Below are positions 22,709 through 34,291 of a DNA stretch of 64,000 bases, one piece after another. The notes under the pieces were generated by a model. That model saw only the letters and a list, made by a program, of their open reading frames with translations, was not told where the DNA came from and did no database searches. Position 1 is the first letter of the stretch. The number at the start of each line of letters is the position of its first letter. The position numbers were made by a program, and so were the translations under genes. Origin of the DNA: Epithemia pelagica (taxonomy: Eukaryota > Protista > Bacillariophyta); the NCBI GenBank assembly GCA_946965045.2, contig OX337241.1, positions 3,100,001 to 3,164,000 on the forward strand, read 5' to 3'.

Positions 22709-23524
22709 CATTCTATGGAAGGAATGGGTATCTGAGATGCTGATATCTCACCCTTCTCCACCATGATATCAGGCCATAAACGAGCAAGGCCCAGAGTATG
22801 ACATTGCTAATAACTATCGAGATACCATGAACACCGCTTTACTAGTAGAAAATGAAATGTCACAGTGCCGTCTGGAATGACATAATAGCTGTCCCTCGCA
22901 AAAAAGGAGTGGAGCCAGGCTAATGGGTGCATACACAAAATGGTACCAGGCGTCTCTCCTGTTTAATGCGTGGAGTTATCTGGCTGTCGAAGATGATGGT
23001 TGTGCGCCTGAAACACTCTAGTCGGAACCATCAATACCAAACAACGCCAACATCTACAAACATGCCAGCGACACGCGTGCTTCTTCTCGGCTGTTGTAAA
23101 GAAGGCAGAGCGACTCGTCGGACGATGGTCTTGGATCTCGCCATGCGTCAGTTTGTAGGCCCGGTCCTTCTATTATTACGAAATTTGTGAATTCTTTGGA
23201 ATTTTTGCCTCGATATTTTCTCCAATACAGCAACTATACTTTTTCATCAGGTCAGCAATTTGCTTGCGTCGATCCAGCAATCAGTCTCTCCGTAGTGGCT
23301 CGTTGACAGTCCATGGGTATCGGTCCATGGATATCTACGAGAACAATCGCAGTACGCAAAGTTATGTCTTGCCCCTCAATGCCAGTTCCACCGAAACCTT
23401 GTTGCACGCCTACAGCACTGTCAAACAGCACTGTTGGACATGGACCACTACAACGTTTGTGCCTCGTACAGCACCCACACAACCACGACCCGCGCCGATC
23501 ATGTCTTGGCTGTCGTCTAACAGC

Positions 23525-23654
23525 AGTGTTGGACCTCGATCACTACCACAGTTGAGTCTCGTACCGAACTCAGTAGTACCAACAACGAAAGTGTTGGACC
23601 TCGATCACTACCACAGTTGAGCCTCGTAGCGAACTCTGCAGTACTAACCACAAA
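23525..23654 (+). repeat. ~65-bp tandem duplication in a spacer module
   Basis: AGTGTTGGACCTCGATCACTACCACAGTTGAG starts at both 23525 and 23590. Confidence 0.85.
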
Positions 23655-24135
23655 ACCACGACCACGAACGGCGTCGATCATGTCTTGTCTGTCGTCTAAT
23701 CGAACTTGTTGTTGTTCTTCTTCTTGTTCGCTGGATTCTGGTTGGTTTTGCTGCCTTGTCGTTCCACACCAACATCCAGTTTGAATCTTTGTCTGTAGAC
23801 TTGCAAGGGCGATGCGACCCTTTCCCATGTTCAGTTCTTCACTACTCCAATCAGACGCGTCGGGAGGGAGTTGAATAGCGTTCCATACTTCAATCCAAAG
23901 TACTGCGCTCCTCGTCACCGGCGCGACTACCTCCAATGGGGCGACTTGGTGATCGATTCAGGTCCTCATGTTGTCATGTCGAGAAAGGGTCCACAATAAT
24001 TGGCGTCCAGACTGCCATGCGATGCCACAACACAAAGAGATATGCGTGGTCTTGTTGTTGGCGTTAATCCTGATTTACTAGTTGGTCGGTAATGGAGGAG
24101 GATTTTCGTTCCACGAAAGACACAGGAATGGCTCG

Positions 24136-24196
24136 CAGGCGCGCCGACCGAGACGAACCCTTTCACTCTATCTCACAGGCGCGCCGACCGAGACGA
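24136..24196 (+). repeat. 21-bp direct repeat, 40-bp period
   Basis: CAGGCGCGCCGACCGAGACGA at 24136 and 24176; a single copy is in the paralogous module near 41255. Confidence 0.85.
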
Positions 24197-25185
24197 GCAG
24201 TTCCACTCTTTCCTCTATTCGAAAAAGGAGAGGACAATTGACAATTGCTCTCGTCGCCAAGACGACCACTCTACAATAGAACCTACTGCCACCCTCCATG
24301 GGAAACCATGGAATCGTTCGTTACGAGCAATTTATGAGACTTTGCCAGTGACGAGGCATGTACGTCTCTTCTTCCTTTTCTTGGTGAAAGACTACGAAGA
24401 TTGTCGCAAGGAAAAATACCAACCATATAAAGGCGCTTTGAATGAAATGGAACAAGGGAGAACAACAACGACCATTCCACAAAAGCGGTAGCATCGAGGA
24501 TGCAGACATGTTGACGATGCGTCATTCCTCATCCACAAAACTCCCTCTGCAAGCTTGTCTGCCTCCCCAAGACCCCACATTGATGCTGGTGGTGTACAAC
24601 CGTTGTTGGTGAGACTCTCTCGATCAACCAAGTGACCCCTCCAGTTTGTCTTCTTCCCAACAAAATCCTAACGCTACATGAGCAACAAGAAAAGAACCCG
24701 AGCGATCCACCATGGGCCAAAACAAACAGGGTGATATCGAGTACTCTTCTGATTTACCGCATTCATCCTCAAAAAGATCAGCAATGATGGGTACATGGAA
24801 TCTCGTGTTTCGTGTAAACAATATCACCATCCCATGGGTCCCTTTGTACGAAGAGTAGTTGCGGTTATTGGAAGCAGAGGCTCGACACGTAGGATTGGAA
24901 CGAGATCCTCTAGTCACGAGCACCCACCAAAAACGAAGAATCTATGGATGCAAAACACAGGGATAGAGAAAAAAAGATCGGAGCCATATACATACCAGTG
25001 GTTCTGTGTCGTTACTTTCGGTATCCAAAAACTTCTCCATGCATGGTCTGCGACTGTCACGATTTTTCTCTATCCATCGATTTCGGCAAGTCAGTCGTGC
25101 TTCCAGTCGGCACCCATCAGAATCACAGGAGCAAAGCAAACAGTATCTCGATCCTCATAAATTCCGCAGTCAAACGTTTGGAACC

Positions 25186-26358
25186 ATGCCGACGACATTG
25201 AAAGAACAAGCATGGCAATCGGACCTTGTCCTACCGGACGACACAGCAGAATGGAATGAAAACGACTGGCCTCCTATTGCGGGTAGAGGTCATGCTTCCG
25301 TCGTGCTTGATCATCACGATAAAGACAATAACAATAACAGCAACAACAAGAGACAGACGGTCGTCGTGATGGGAGGAATTCAACAACGCCGAGGCTATGT
25401 CAATTCCATTCTTGTATTGAATCTAGCAGAATACAATAAGCAGTGGCGAGAAGGGCCACCCATGAACAAGAAACGTTATGGACATGCTGCTGTCGTGTGC
25501 AATGGCGGCGTCTACGTTATGGGTGGAGACCAAAGAGTCGGCGAATCTTTGGATTGTATCGAACGAATCGACGTCAGTGAATTGCTGCAATCATGTTCTA
25601 CATCAAGCTTCACACACGAGAGCCATTGGGCGACATTAACTTGTCGATTATCAACAGGGCGATGGGGATGTGGTGCTGTTGCAGTTCACAACCGATACAT
25701 CGTTGTAGTGGGTGGCTACAGCAATCGTTCTTTGTCGTCTGTGGATATTATTGATACCAGGAACCACACTGTCATTGCAGGACCATCCATGACAGTTCCT
25801 CGATCAATTTGTTCCAGTGCGGTCATTGGACACCGCATCTTTGTCGTTGGAGGCCAAAACGGTGACGATGAACATGCTTCGGTGGAGTATTTGGACTTTG
25901 CAGAGGAGAGAAAAGTCGACTCTTTGACGACAGCCATTTCCTTCTCACCCACCTGGATCACTCATTCGGAGTTGGTGCTTTCCAATGCACGAATTTCTTT
26001 TGCAATGGTAGCCGTGGGATCTTGTCTGGTGGTGGTGGGAGGATCTCGCAATTCAACCGTCGAAGTCGTGGATACGCACCGCAAGCACGTTTGGAATCTC
26101 CCACCATTCCTCAATCACCGCAGTGACTGTAGTATGGTGACTGTTACCAACCAAGTTGCCGTGATTGGTGGATCTAGCAATCCTGCCTGTGCGACATTAC
26201 CACTAGTGGACAAGAATTCGTGGTGTTTTCGACAACTCTGTAAGCAGCCTCGGATCGAATGGTATCATTGTCAAGAACGATCGGGTAACGGAGATGTCAA
26301 TGTAACATCCCGCACCATCTCGACATCCACTCTTAAACGATTGAGGACCAATACATGA
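25186..26358 (+). CDS. Kelch-repeat protein K7
   Basis: Intact six-blade ORF starting MPTTLKEQAW; tail KRLR. Confidence 0.9.
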   Translation: MPTTLKEQAWQSDLVLPDDTAEWNENDWPPIAGRGHASVVLDHHDKDNNNNSNNKRQTVVVMGGIQQRRGYVNSILVLNLAEYNKQWREGPPMNKKRYGHAAVVCNGGVYVMGGDQRVGESLDCIERIDVSELLQSCSTSSFTHESHWATLTCRLSTGRWGCGAVAVHNRYIVVVGGYSNRSLSSVDIIDTRNHTVIAGPSMTVPRSICSSAVIGHRIFVVGGQNGDDEHASVEYLDFAEERKVDSLTTAISFSPTWITHSELVLSNARISFAMVAVGSCLVVVGGSRNSTVEVVDTHRKHVWNLPPFLNHRSDCSMVTVTNQVAVIGGSSNPACATLPLVDKNSWCFRQLCKQPRIEWYHCQERSGNGDVNVTSRTISTSTLKRLRTNT

Positions 26359-28462
26359 TAGAGGATGGTACTTGAGAAATGTGCAACAAGTTGCACGGCC
26401 ATAAGCCCGGCAACTATATCATGGCCATAATACTCTCGAACAAAACAGGAGATCGTATCCATCCTAAGTTACGTTGTGAGTTATATAAGTTAATGAAGTG
26501 AATCATATATCTAAGAGCAATTTCTTGTGTGTTTTGAACGCATTCACCTGTCACAGTCACTCTTGGGTGGATGGCCATGGTATCATTCCTCTCTGTGCTG
26601 TTGAATATTCTCTGGTCTTGATCAGAATGAATCATCTCTCAATGGAAGATGAAGTTCTTTCCTAGTCTCGTTGGATTCTTTGAACATGGAAAGACCGACC
26701 CGACTTGTGTCTCTACCAGAGATGGCACATAAGGAACAAGTGACGTCTCGACCATGACCTAAAAGTTGTAGGACGCAGTCGGTGGGGCCATGGATTGGTA
26801 GCAACGGCTGGATCCGACAGCCAACACAGTTTGTCTATGTTTTGCTTTCCGTTGCGAGCGCAACAGTGCAAACTCTACTTCCCCTGTTGTAGGCAAAACA
26901 TGTTTATCGTGAGTCGTCGTCGATTCCTCTTTCTTGGTGTCAATGTCTCGTTGTGGAGCAACCAATCCGTCGACGCGGTACAAATATTGGTGGTGTGCTA
27001 CAATTCCCAAGACTGTGCTTCTGGTGAACCTTGTTCCAACGAGGCACCTGTTTTGGAAGTCGTCATTTGATCCACCCATTGTGATGATGATGCATCGATC
27101 GACCTGTTGTGCAAGCGACGATTGTTCTTCTTGGTGTTTGGCTGCTATTGGTGGATCAGGAGTTGTGATTTTTCACTTCTTGTCGTGATCCTTGTTGAAA
27201 GAGACGGGCGATTGTTCTAGTTGGGTGTTGTTTGGATGGTCAAGGCGATTCTTGTTGTCACTGTTGTCCACGTCTGATTGTTCTTTGTAGAAATCGAGCA
27301 TGGGTGGTTGCTACTTCTGTACTTTTGTTTTATTATTGGGCGTGGAAGTGGGGAAACCGACAAGTTTTACACCACCGCTCCACCACGGTAATATTTGTAC
27401 CTCGAACTAAGCAGCAGACTCAGCAAGCGACAAAAAGCACAAGAGAGGCCCCTACAATGCCTTGTCACGAGCAGGACAGGAATGATGATTGATTGTTCAT
27501 TGTCAAGTCTGGTTTCTCTTAGTTGTCGTGAAAGCTTCATCTAGTTTCACTCTTTTTGGCTGGAGGTCGTTTTGACATAACAAAACTCTTGTACGTTCTC
27601 GACGCCACAGGTGGATCCAAGCAACGACTCATCCGGTCCACTTTTTGCTCGTTGAACTCTTGTGGTTTTTAATCGAGACGACAACGTCACCTATTGACAA
27701 ATGTAGCACTGGTCCTTACACCCACCTTGGCGGACGGAGGCCATTGACCGCGTCTGCCACAATCAATGGACCACATGCGCGAGCAATACTGACCACCGGC
27801 CAAGACGGCACGAGACGGTTTTGCCTCTCCAACAATGATGATTGATATAATGACATTGGGGACCAACCTTTGCGGTCCAACCACATCCACGTGACATTCT
27901 GGAAAGCGGTCCAAAGAAGACGAATGCAGGCGTCTGCTGCGAGCTAATGCAACACCTCGTGAGCGCCATGATGGGATGCTGAATGACATGTTTCTTCTGG
28001 CCCATCATGTCGTCAGATTCTTGCTTTTGTGTGATTGTCCTTGTGGCCTTGGTTCCTTGACTTAAACCCGATGAGTGATGCCCATTCGAATCATTGATCA
28101 AGAAGTCAATAAGACCACTCTCTCTTTTGTTGTTGTTGTTGTTGTTGTCGTTGTCGTTGTGAACTTGACCAAGGAAAGAATGGTGTTGCTCCATAAATGG
28201 CGTGGGACGAGATGACTTGGAAATTAGGGATTGTCGATCTGATGAATAGGACCTCTTCATCACAAATGACGCTCTCTCTTTCTCCCTCGTCGTCGTATCT
28301 TTTACAGTAAAAGATACGTCATGTAATCTATGTGCGACTGAATGCCATTCATCGTACGCAGGACAGGCACACCTTTCCTGTAATCTATGTGCGATTGACT
28401 GCCCGTGGAAGCTCTCGCTGCGAAAGCTTTCCCATTCCACGCGTTGCTCAATTGCCGTGACC

Positions 28463-29650
28463 ATGACAACGACACTGCAAAAGCAAGCATGGCAGTCGGG
28501 CCTTGTCCTGTTAGACGAGACACCTGAATGGAATTTCGAGGACTGGCCTTCTCTTGAGGGTGGATGTCGTGAAGCACATGCTACGGTCGTACTTTATCAT
28601 ACCGATAACAACAAGGAACAAACCGTCGTCGTGTTGGGTGGATATCGAATAGGTCAAGGCGAGGAGCTCGATTCGGTTCTTGTATTAAATTTGGCAGACC
28701 CAAACAAGCAGTGGCGCGTGGGACCACCCATGAACAAGAAACGTGTTCGACATGCCGCTGTTGTGTGCAACGGTGGCATCTACGTTGTGGGAGGAAACGC
28801 CGGCTATTCAAGGTGGGATTGCATGGAACGCATTAATGCTAATGATTTACTGCAATCATCTTGGACATCAAGCAGTACTCAGAAGAGCCATTGGACGACA
28901 TTGAATTGTCGATTATCAACGGAACGATCAGGATGTGGTGCTGTTGCTGTTCATAACCGATACATCGTTGTAATGGCTGGATGCAACGGTCGCTATTTGT
29001 CGTCGGTGGATATTATTGATACCCGCAACCACGCTGTTACAGCAGGACCAAGCATGAGTGTTCCTCGACAATTATGTGCCAGTGCGGTCATTGGACACCG
29101 CATTTTTGTCGTCGGAGGTTGGATTGAACATGGCCGTGTTGACTCGGTGGAGTATTTGAACTATGCAGCACCCTGTGAGAATGATGAGACAACAAAGGAG
29201 ATTGCTTTCTCCTTGTCTGGCTGGAAGACTCATTCGGATCTGGTACTTTCTGACGAACGATATCAATGTACAGTGGCTGTCGTGGGATCCTGTCTGGTTG
29301 TGGCCGGAGGAGACAGTGCAACCGTGGAAATCTTGGATACGAACCGCAACCGCGTGTGGAATCTCCCACAATTCGTGAATCACAACATTGGCGGCAGTAT
29401 GGTCACTGTTGCCAATCAAATTGCCATGATTGCTGGATTTGAGAATCCTACCTGTGCGACATTCCCATTAATGGACAAGAATACATGGTGTTTTTGTCAA
29501 CTCTGTGAGCAGCAGCAGCCCAGCGGATGGTATCATTCTCTGCAAGGAATGGGTTACCGAGTTGCTGATATTTTGCCATGTTTGACCTCGACATCAGCTC
29601 GTAAACGAGCAAGGAAGAATACGCGCCAAAATGAGAAAGGGTCTGATTAA
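28463..29650 (+). CDS. Kelch-repeat protein K8
   Basis: Intact six-blade ORF; tail RKRARK. Confidence 0.9.
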   Translation: MTTTLQKQAWQSGLVLLDETPEWNFEDWPSLEGGCREAHATVVLYHTDNNKEQTVVVLGGYRIGQGEELDSVLVLNLADPNKQWRVGPPMNKKRVRHAAVVCNGGIYVVGGNAGYSRWDCMERINANDLLQSSWTSSSTQKSHWTTLNCRLSTERSGCGAVAVHNRYIVVMAGCNGRYLSSVDIIDTRNHAVTAGPSMSVPRQLCASAVIGHRIFVVGGWIEHGRVDSVEYLNYAAPCENDETTKEIAFSLSGWKTHSDLVLSDERYQCTVAVVGSCLVVAGGDSATVEILDTNRNRVWNLPQFVNHNIGGSMVTVANQIAMIAGFENPTCATFPLMDKNTWCFCQLCEQQQPSGWYHSLQGMGYRVADILPCLTSTSARKRARKNTRQNEKGSD

Positions 29651-29768
29651 GCATAGCCATTTAGTTCTCGAGTGGTTGACTCATTTTCTACATTCAATTG
29701 CAATCCTATTAGGACCTACAAAGTGTTTTCTCAAAAGTAGAAAGAACATGTTGCAAGATAGGGGGTAC

Positions 29769-30214
29769 TGTTGTTTTTCACTACTGTCGAGTAACGAAAA
29801 AGAGCTCTTTTGCAAAATTGTGTGTTTCTAGATTATCGTGTGCAAGCTATGAATCGCTCCTGCTCATGCGTTGAGCGTTGACTCGTAGATTGGTGCGTTG
29901 ATCGACCAAATTGGCGGTCCCAATTGTTTATGGACGACCTTGCTGAGATTCATGGCTCCCTAAGTGGCGTCCGCTTACTTAGGAGCCAGTACCGTTATTA
30001 CTCTGGCCATGGGAGTCGTTGTTTAGAGCGGCATGAGTGTTACATAGCCGTCGTCCAAATCCCATGTTGAGATGCGTCGTTTGTCTTTGTTGATTTGTGA
30101 TTTGTGCGAGGCGGCGGTTCAATGATGCGTTGGGCGTGTTGTGTCATGGGAATTCTGTCTCTGTCCCCATTGTCCCCCACGTGTAGTTATGCCCTTGCGT
30201 ACAGTATTTGAACA
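29769..30214 (-). repeat. 3' LTR
   Basis: Appears identical to 35590-36035 on manual comparison. Confidence 0.97.
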
Positions 30215-30221
30215 CTCCCTC
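30215..30221 (-). other. Short polypurine tract (GAGGGAG in element sense)
   Basis: CTCCCTC on the + strand abuts the 3' LTR. Confidence 0.7.
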
Positions 30222-30250
30222 ACAGAGCGGTATTGTCAGGACTACCAGGA

Positions 30251-33200
30251 CTACCAGCCCATGATAGATTTGCGATGTCGCTCGAACGTATCCTTGTCCA
30301 AGGCTTTGGTAAAGATGTCGGCAGTTTGTAGCTCAGTATCACATGGTAGTATTGTGATCTGTTTCTGTTCCACATATTCTTTGAAGTGGAAGAGTTTTGT
30401 ACACAGATAGCGTGTTCGAGGACGATATTTGTGGACGGTTGCTAATTCGAACGCTCCATTGTTGTCCTCAAACGCTCGGCAATGCACTCTTGGTTGCGTC
30501 GATATGACCTTGTATCCCCGCGTTTTCATTTCTTTGGTGATATGCATCAGTGGGATAACCGTCCGTAGTGACGTCGACAGACTAATGATCTCGGCCTCGG
30601 TTGTGGAAAGAGCAATCTCAGTCTGTAATTTAGAAGCCCACACAATAGGGCAGCCCCCGTAGAAGATGATATAGCCGGTACGAGATTGTGCCATATCCGT
30701 CCTGGGCATATCAGTTTTGTTGAAGTTCCCACAAAAATCCGCATCGGCATAGACATCGAAGTTGGCATCTTCTTGTGGATTCAGTAGTATGCCGAGAGTA
30801 CGAGTCGACGCAAGATAGCGTCCGATTTGCTTGACTGCTCTTCCGTGTATTTGCTTTGGATTTGCTGCAAATCTCGCGCATTGGTGCACGGCATACGAAA
30901 TGTCCGGTCGTGTACTCTTCTCGAGAAAGTTCAACTTCCCAATCACAGAGCGATAATGGAAGTGTCCGTCGAATGGGTCACCGTCGTCGTCTGAGCGCAT
31001 CTTTACTGTACTTGCTGCTGGTATGTCTTTTCCTTGGGCGTCCTCCGGCAATCGTAAGTCATCGAGAATCGAATCAATTAGTCGTGTCTGGGATAGGTGC
31101 ATCTGACCCGATTCCTGTTTTGTGATATGGACCCCTAAGAAATCTTCAACCCCGTCTTCATATGTCATCTTAAGCCCGATCTCTTCTAACTTGGCGATGA
31201 TGCGATTCAGTTCTTCTGGATCCGGCCCTGTAAGGATTGAGTCATCTGTATACAATATGTATATGCTTTGGCCGTGATAAAACAGGCATTCGTCATGAGA
31301 GCTTTGTGTGAATCCTGCCTTCTCGAGCTGTTGTACCAGATGTTTGTTCCATACACGTGCTGCTTGCTTCTGTCCGTAGTAATTACGCCGAATTTTGAGT
31401 ACATAGTCTTCAGCCTTTTGTTCACCCTTAGTGTCGAAGGTAAAAGCCTTTGGAGCCTCCATGTACATATCCGTCTCGGCCATTGCTTGGGTGTACGCTA
31501 GGACGTAGTCGACCTGTTTAATAGCCCATCCTTGCGCCAGAGCGGTAGTTAGAACATATCGTACAACAGGCCATTGGACAACAGGGGCATAGGTCTCCCA
31601 ATAGTTGACCCCCTTTGTTTGTCCGGAACCATCAAAAGCTAGTCGTGATTTCCACTTGTAAATTTCCCCGGTCTCTAGCCTGCGCTTCCGCATGCAGCTC
31701 CAGACAGCGCGAGTAATATAGCTACCGGGAGGAATGTCTTTTTGGCGTACGATCTCCCACAATCCATTTTCCGTGTGATCTCTGACTTCCTTTTGTGCGG
31801 CCTTGATAAATTCGTGGCGATCTGGTTGTTGCATGGCTTCGTGCCAATACATAACGTCAGGATTCTTCTGTGCTTGCGCCGTCATGCTCACGATGCCTGG
31901 GAGAGCAATAGCTAGTTCCCCCAATGGATTTAGGTCGTCGCCGAGTTCTGCCATGTATTCTTGATATCGTGTTGTCGGTCTTGGCTCCCTTTGTGACCGT
32001 CGGAGACCAGCTCCCTCATGCACGGGGATATTTGGTACTACATCTCCCTCATCGTCTCTTGTCGGTGTAGCCTGATCTTGGTCCACTATCTCCTCGTTAT
32101 TGTCTACCTCCCTCATGGGTGCGTCTAGATTGATAGCTTTTGCTCGTTTGGGTCGTGCTGTTCCGCTCGTCCGTTTGCTGAATCCCGCGCGCTGTTGCCA
32201 ATAAGAGATTGGTTGGGCTTCTCCAAAACTACGACGGATAGTCTCAAAGTTGTCGTCATAGTGCACATGGAACTGTGGTGACGATAGGCCTGATGAAAGG
32301 GACAAAATAAGCCCAACCGTCCTTGCATGTTGCGCCGAGTAACCCAGGAAGATACCAACCCGCGATCGTTCGGACCACTTCGGTAGGCCCTTTCCAGCTT
32401 GAAGTTCATTATCCAGCACATAACTTGGGCATCCGAAGGTATGTGCATTTCGGATGTTGAATCGCACAGGGGAACCGGAGAAGAGTTCAATCGGTGTCTT
32501 GTCTTTATGTTTCTTCAAAGGAGCTTCGTTAAACATGTCTGAAGCATACCGAACGGCATACGGCCATAGGTTCGTTGTGATTGCTGTGGGCCATCGTCGG
32601 TGTGCATGCAATAGCATAGTTCTTGCCGAGTCTTGTAGATCGCGTATCCGACGTTCGGCCATGCCACTCTGGAAATGAGCGTTGACGCCACTGAAAGTCA
32701 GTCGCTGGCCTTTGCTCGCGACTGCTTTTCTAAACTCGTTGTCTGCGAAAATCCCATTGTCGGCATGATAATGCTGGATAGCTACCCCATGGGTTTCTGC
32801 CCATGACTCGAATCTCTCCTTAGCTTCAATAGTATCAGTAGCGGAGGTAGACCGCTGTAGATGTACATAGCCGATTCCCGAGAAGTGATCCACGAAAACA
32901 GTTGCAACGCGATATCGTTCTCGCGTGGGAGTACCGCGCATGTGTGCGATATAGCCAGGCGTATTCGAGATGAGCTGGTCCACTGACACGCATTGACCGG
33001 GGCGCGTCATTGTATCTAAAGTTCCTTGCGATCCCTTGACTCGCCATGGTTTCTTCGTCGCTTTGCCGTACAGGCATGCGGTGCATGCTGGAACTGCACA
33101 TGATCCCAGTCGCCTTGGTAATGCTCCTTGGCGTGCCATGGTTTGGATCTTTGCCATTGATAAATGTCCGAGTCGATGGTGAGTGCGAAGGAGTTCAGCT

Positions 33201-34288
33201 GTTGGACTTTCATGCGGCACTTCTTCTTCGTTTGGTATCACATGCACCACTTTTTCCGTATCGAATAAAAAATCTGTCGTCAATGGCGTGTCTCGATGTG
33301 GAAAGTATTGCTCGTTGTGTTCGTCATCCATGTCCGTCCGGTCCTCGAGACTCCCTTCGTCGTCACTTGTTCTTGGTACGTTGTCTTCCTGTGTGGCGTC
33401 GTCATCGTCTTCGATCACATTTGCCTCACTAACAATCGGTGGATTGTTGTCATCTTCACAGATTTTACAACAAAAGCTTTGGTAGTCGGTCATTCCGGTG
33501 GCCGTGGAGAACTCTCCCACATTGGTGCCTTGCCGATTCAACGGAATCGTTCGTTTGCTCGTTCCTTGGTTCCATTCCAGGGTAATTGTGTCGTCAGTGG
33601 TGATACATCGGGTGCCATGCGGCTTTGGTCGGTGATCCCGTGCCACTTGTGCCCAATGTTGCGGGGAAAGGAGTCGATGTGACGTGGATGGAATGTAGAA
33701 TGACCCGGGGAGCACAATGCGGTATACTTGCCCATCGTCGTCTTCGATGTCCCATTTGATCGTCGTGGAGTACACCTCGGTCTTGTATAATCCAGCAATT
33801 CCCTTTATTTTGCGTTGAATTGGTGTTGGAGATGTCAGGCAATCGGTGATATCGTGGGTGATTGATGCTGTGGCACAGTTGTCGATGAAGAGAGGTTTGC
33901 TGTCCGAGTCAAATCGGACCGAATGCGCCTTGACCAATTTGCTTGCCACCGGAGCTGCGAGTATCGTGGTCATGCACAGTCCTTTCATGAGGCTCGAGTT
34001 CCACTGTTTTCGTCGTCTCCTCGTTGCTGGCGATCTTGGCCTTGGTCTATATCTGGGTGGTGGAATGGCTGCATCAAGTATTGCCAGGCTGTTGGCCATC
34101 ATGGTCGATATCGTGGTCCATAAATAGTCGATCCATCTTGCATTCGTGGTTGGAGCAGTAGTAGTTGGAGCTTCATCATCATAACCTACTAGGACATACA
34201 AGTAAAGAGTTGTTGTCGCTAGTAGGATATAGATGAGCTGTTCGAAAGTCTTGGTGAACAGCCCGAGGAGTGACCTCGGGTCTGATTG
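30251..34288 (-). CDS. pol: Copia Pol (protease, integrase, reverse transcriptase, RNase H); frame open right up to the gag stop
   Basis: PR IDNCAT; IN HHRLGH...CTAC zinc motif and DDE core (SVDQL, HADNG, MAERR); RT QVDYVLAY and LYTDD; RH YADADF, TEAE, EDN, ADIFTK. Confidence 0.95.
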   Translation of the reverse strand, partial: QSDPRSLLGLFTKTFEQLIYILLATTTLYLYVLVGYDDEAPTTTAPTTNARWIDYLWTTISTMMANSLAILDAAIPPPRYRPRPRSPATRRRRKQWNSSLMKGLCMTTILAAPVASKLVKAHSVRFDSDSKPLFIDNCATASITHDITDCLTSPTPIQRKIKGIAGLYKTEVYSTTIKWDIEDDDGQVYRIVLPGSFYIPSTSHRLLSPQHWAQVARDHRPKPHGTRCITTDDTITLEWNQGTSKRTIPLNRQGTNVGEFSTATGMTDYQSFCCKICEDDNNPPIVSEANVIEDDDDATQEDNVPRTSDDEGSLEDRTDMDDEHNEQYFPHRDTPLTTDFLFDTEKVVHVIPNEEEVPHESPTAELLRTHHRLGHLSMAKIQTMARQGALPRRLGSCAVPACTACLYGKATKKPWRVKGSQGTLDTMTRPGQCVSVDQLISNTPGYIAHMRGTPTRERYRVATVFVDHFSGIGYVHLQRSTSATDTIEAKERFESWAETHGVAIQHYHADNGIFADNEFRKAVASKGQRLTFSGVNAHFQSGMAERRIRDLQDSARTMLLHAHRRWPTAITTNLWPYAVRYASDMFNEAPLKKHKDKTPIELFSGSPVRFNIRNAHTFGCPSYVLDNELQAGKGLPKWSERSRVGIFLGYSAQHARTVGLILSLSSGLSSPQFHVHYDDNFETIRRSFGEAQPISYWQQRAGFSKRTSGTARPKRAKAINLDAPMREVDNNEEIVDQDQATPTRDDEGDVVPNIPVHEGAGLRRSQREPRPTTRYQEYMAELGDDLNPLGELAIALPGIVSMTAQAQKNPDVMYWHEAMQQPDRHEFIKAAQKEVRDHTENGLWEIVRQKDIPPGSYITRAVWSCMRKRRLETGEIYKWKSRLAFDGSGQTKGVNYWETYAPVVQWPVVRYVLTTALAQGWAIKQVDYVLAYTQAMAETDMYMEAPKAFTFDTKGEQKAEDYVLKIRRNYYGQKQAARVWNKHLVQQLEKAGFTQSSHDECLFYHGQSIYILYTDDSILTGPDPEELNRIIAKLEEIGLKMTYEDGVEDFLGVHITKQESGQMHLSQTRLIDSILDDLRLPEDAQGKDIPAASTVKMRSDDDGDPFDGHFHYRSVIGKLNFLEKSTRPDISYAVHQCARFAANPKQIHGRAVKQIGRYLASTRTLGILLNPQEDANFDVYADADFCGNFNKTDMPRTDMAQSRTGYIIFYGGCPIVWASKLQTEIALSTTEAEIISLSTSLRTVIPLMHITKEMKTRGYKVISTQPRVHCRAFEDNNGAFELATVHKYRPRTRYLCTKLFHFKEYVEQKQITILPCDTELQTADIFTKALDKDTFERHRKSIMGW

Positions 34289-34291
34289 TCA
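34262..34291 (-). promoter_or_regulatory. Putative stop-codon readthrough signal: UGA-CAAUCA, 8-nt spacer, 7-bp stem-loop
   Basis: Element sense GAA TGA CAA TCA GA CCCGAGG TCACT CCTCGGG; gag and pol are in the same frame. Confidence 0.75.
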
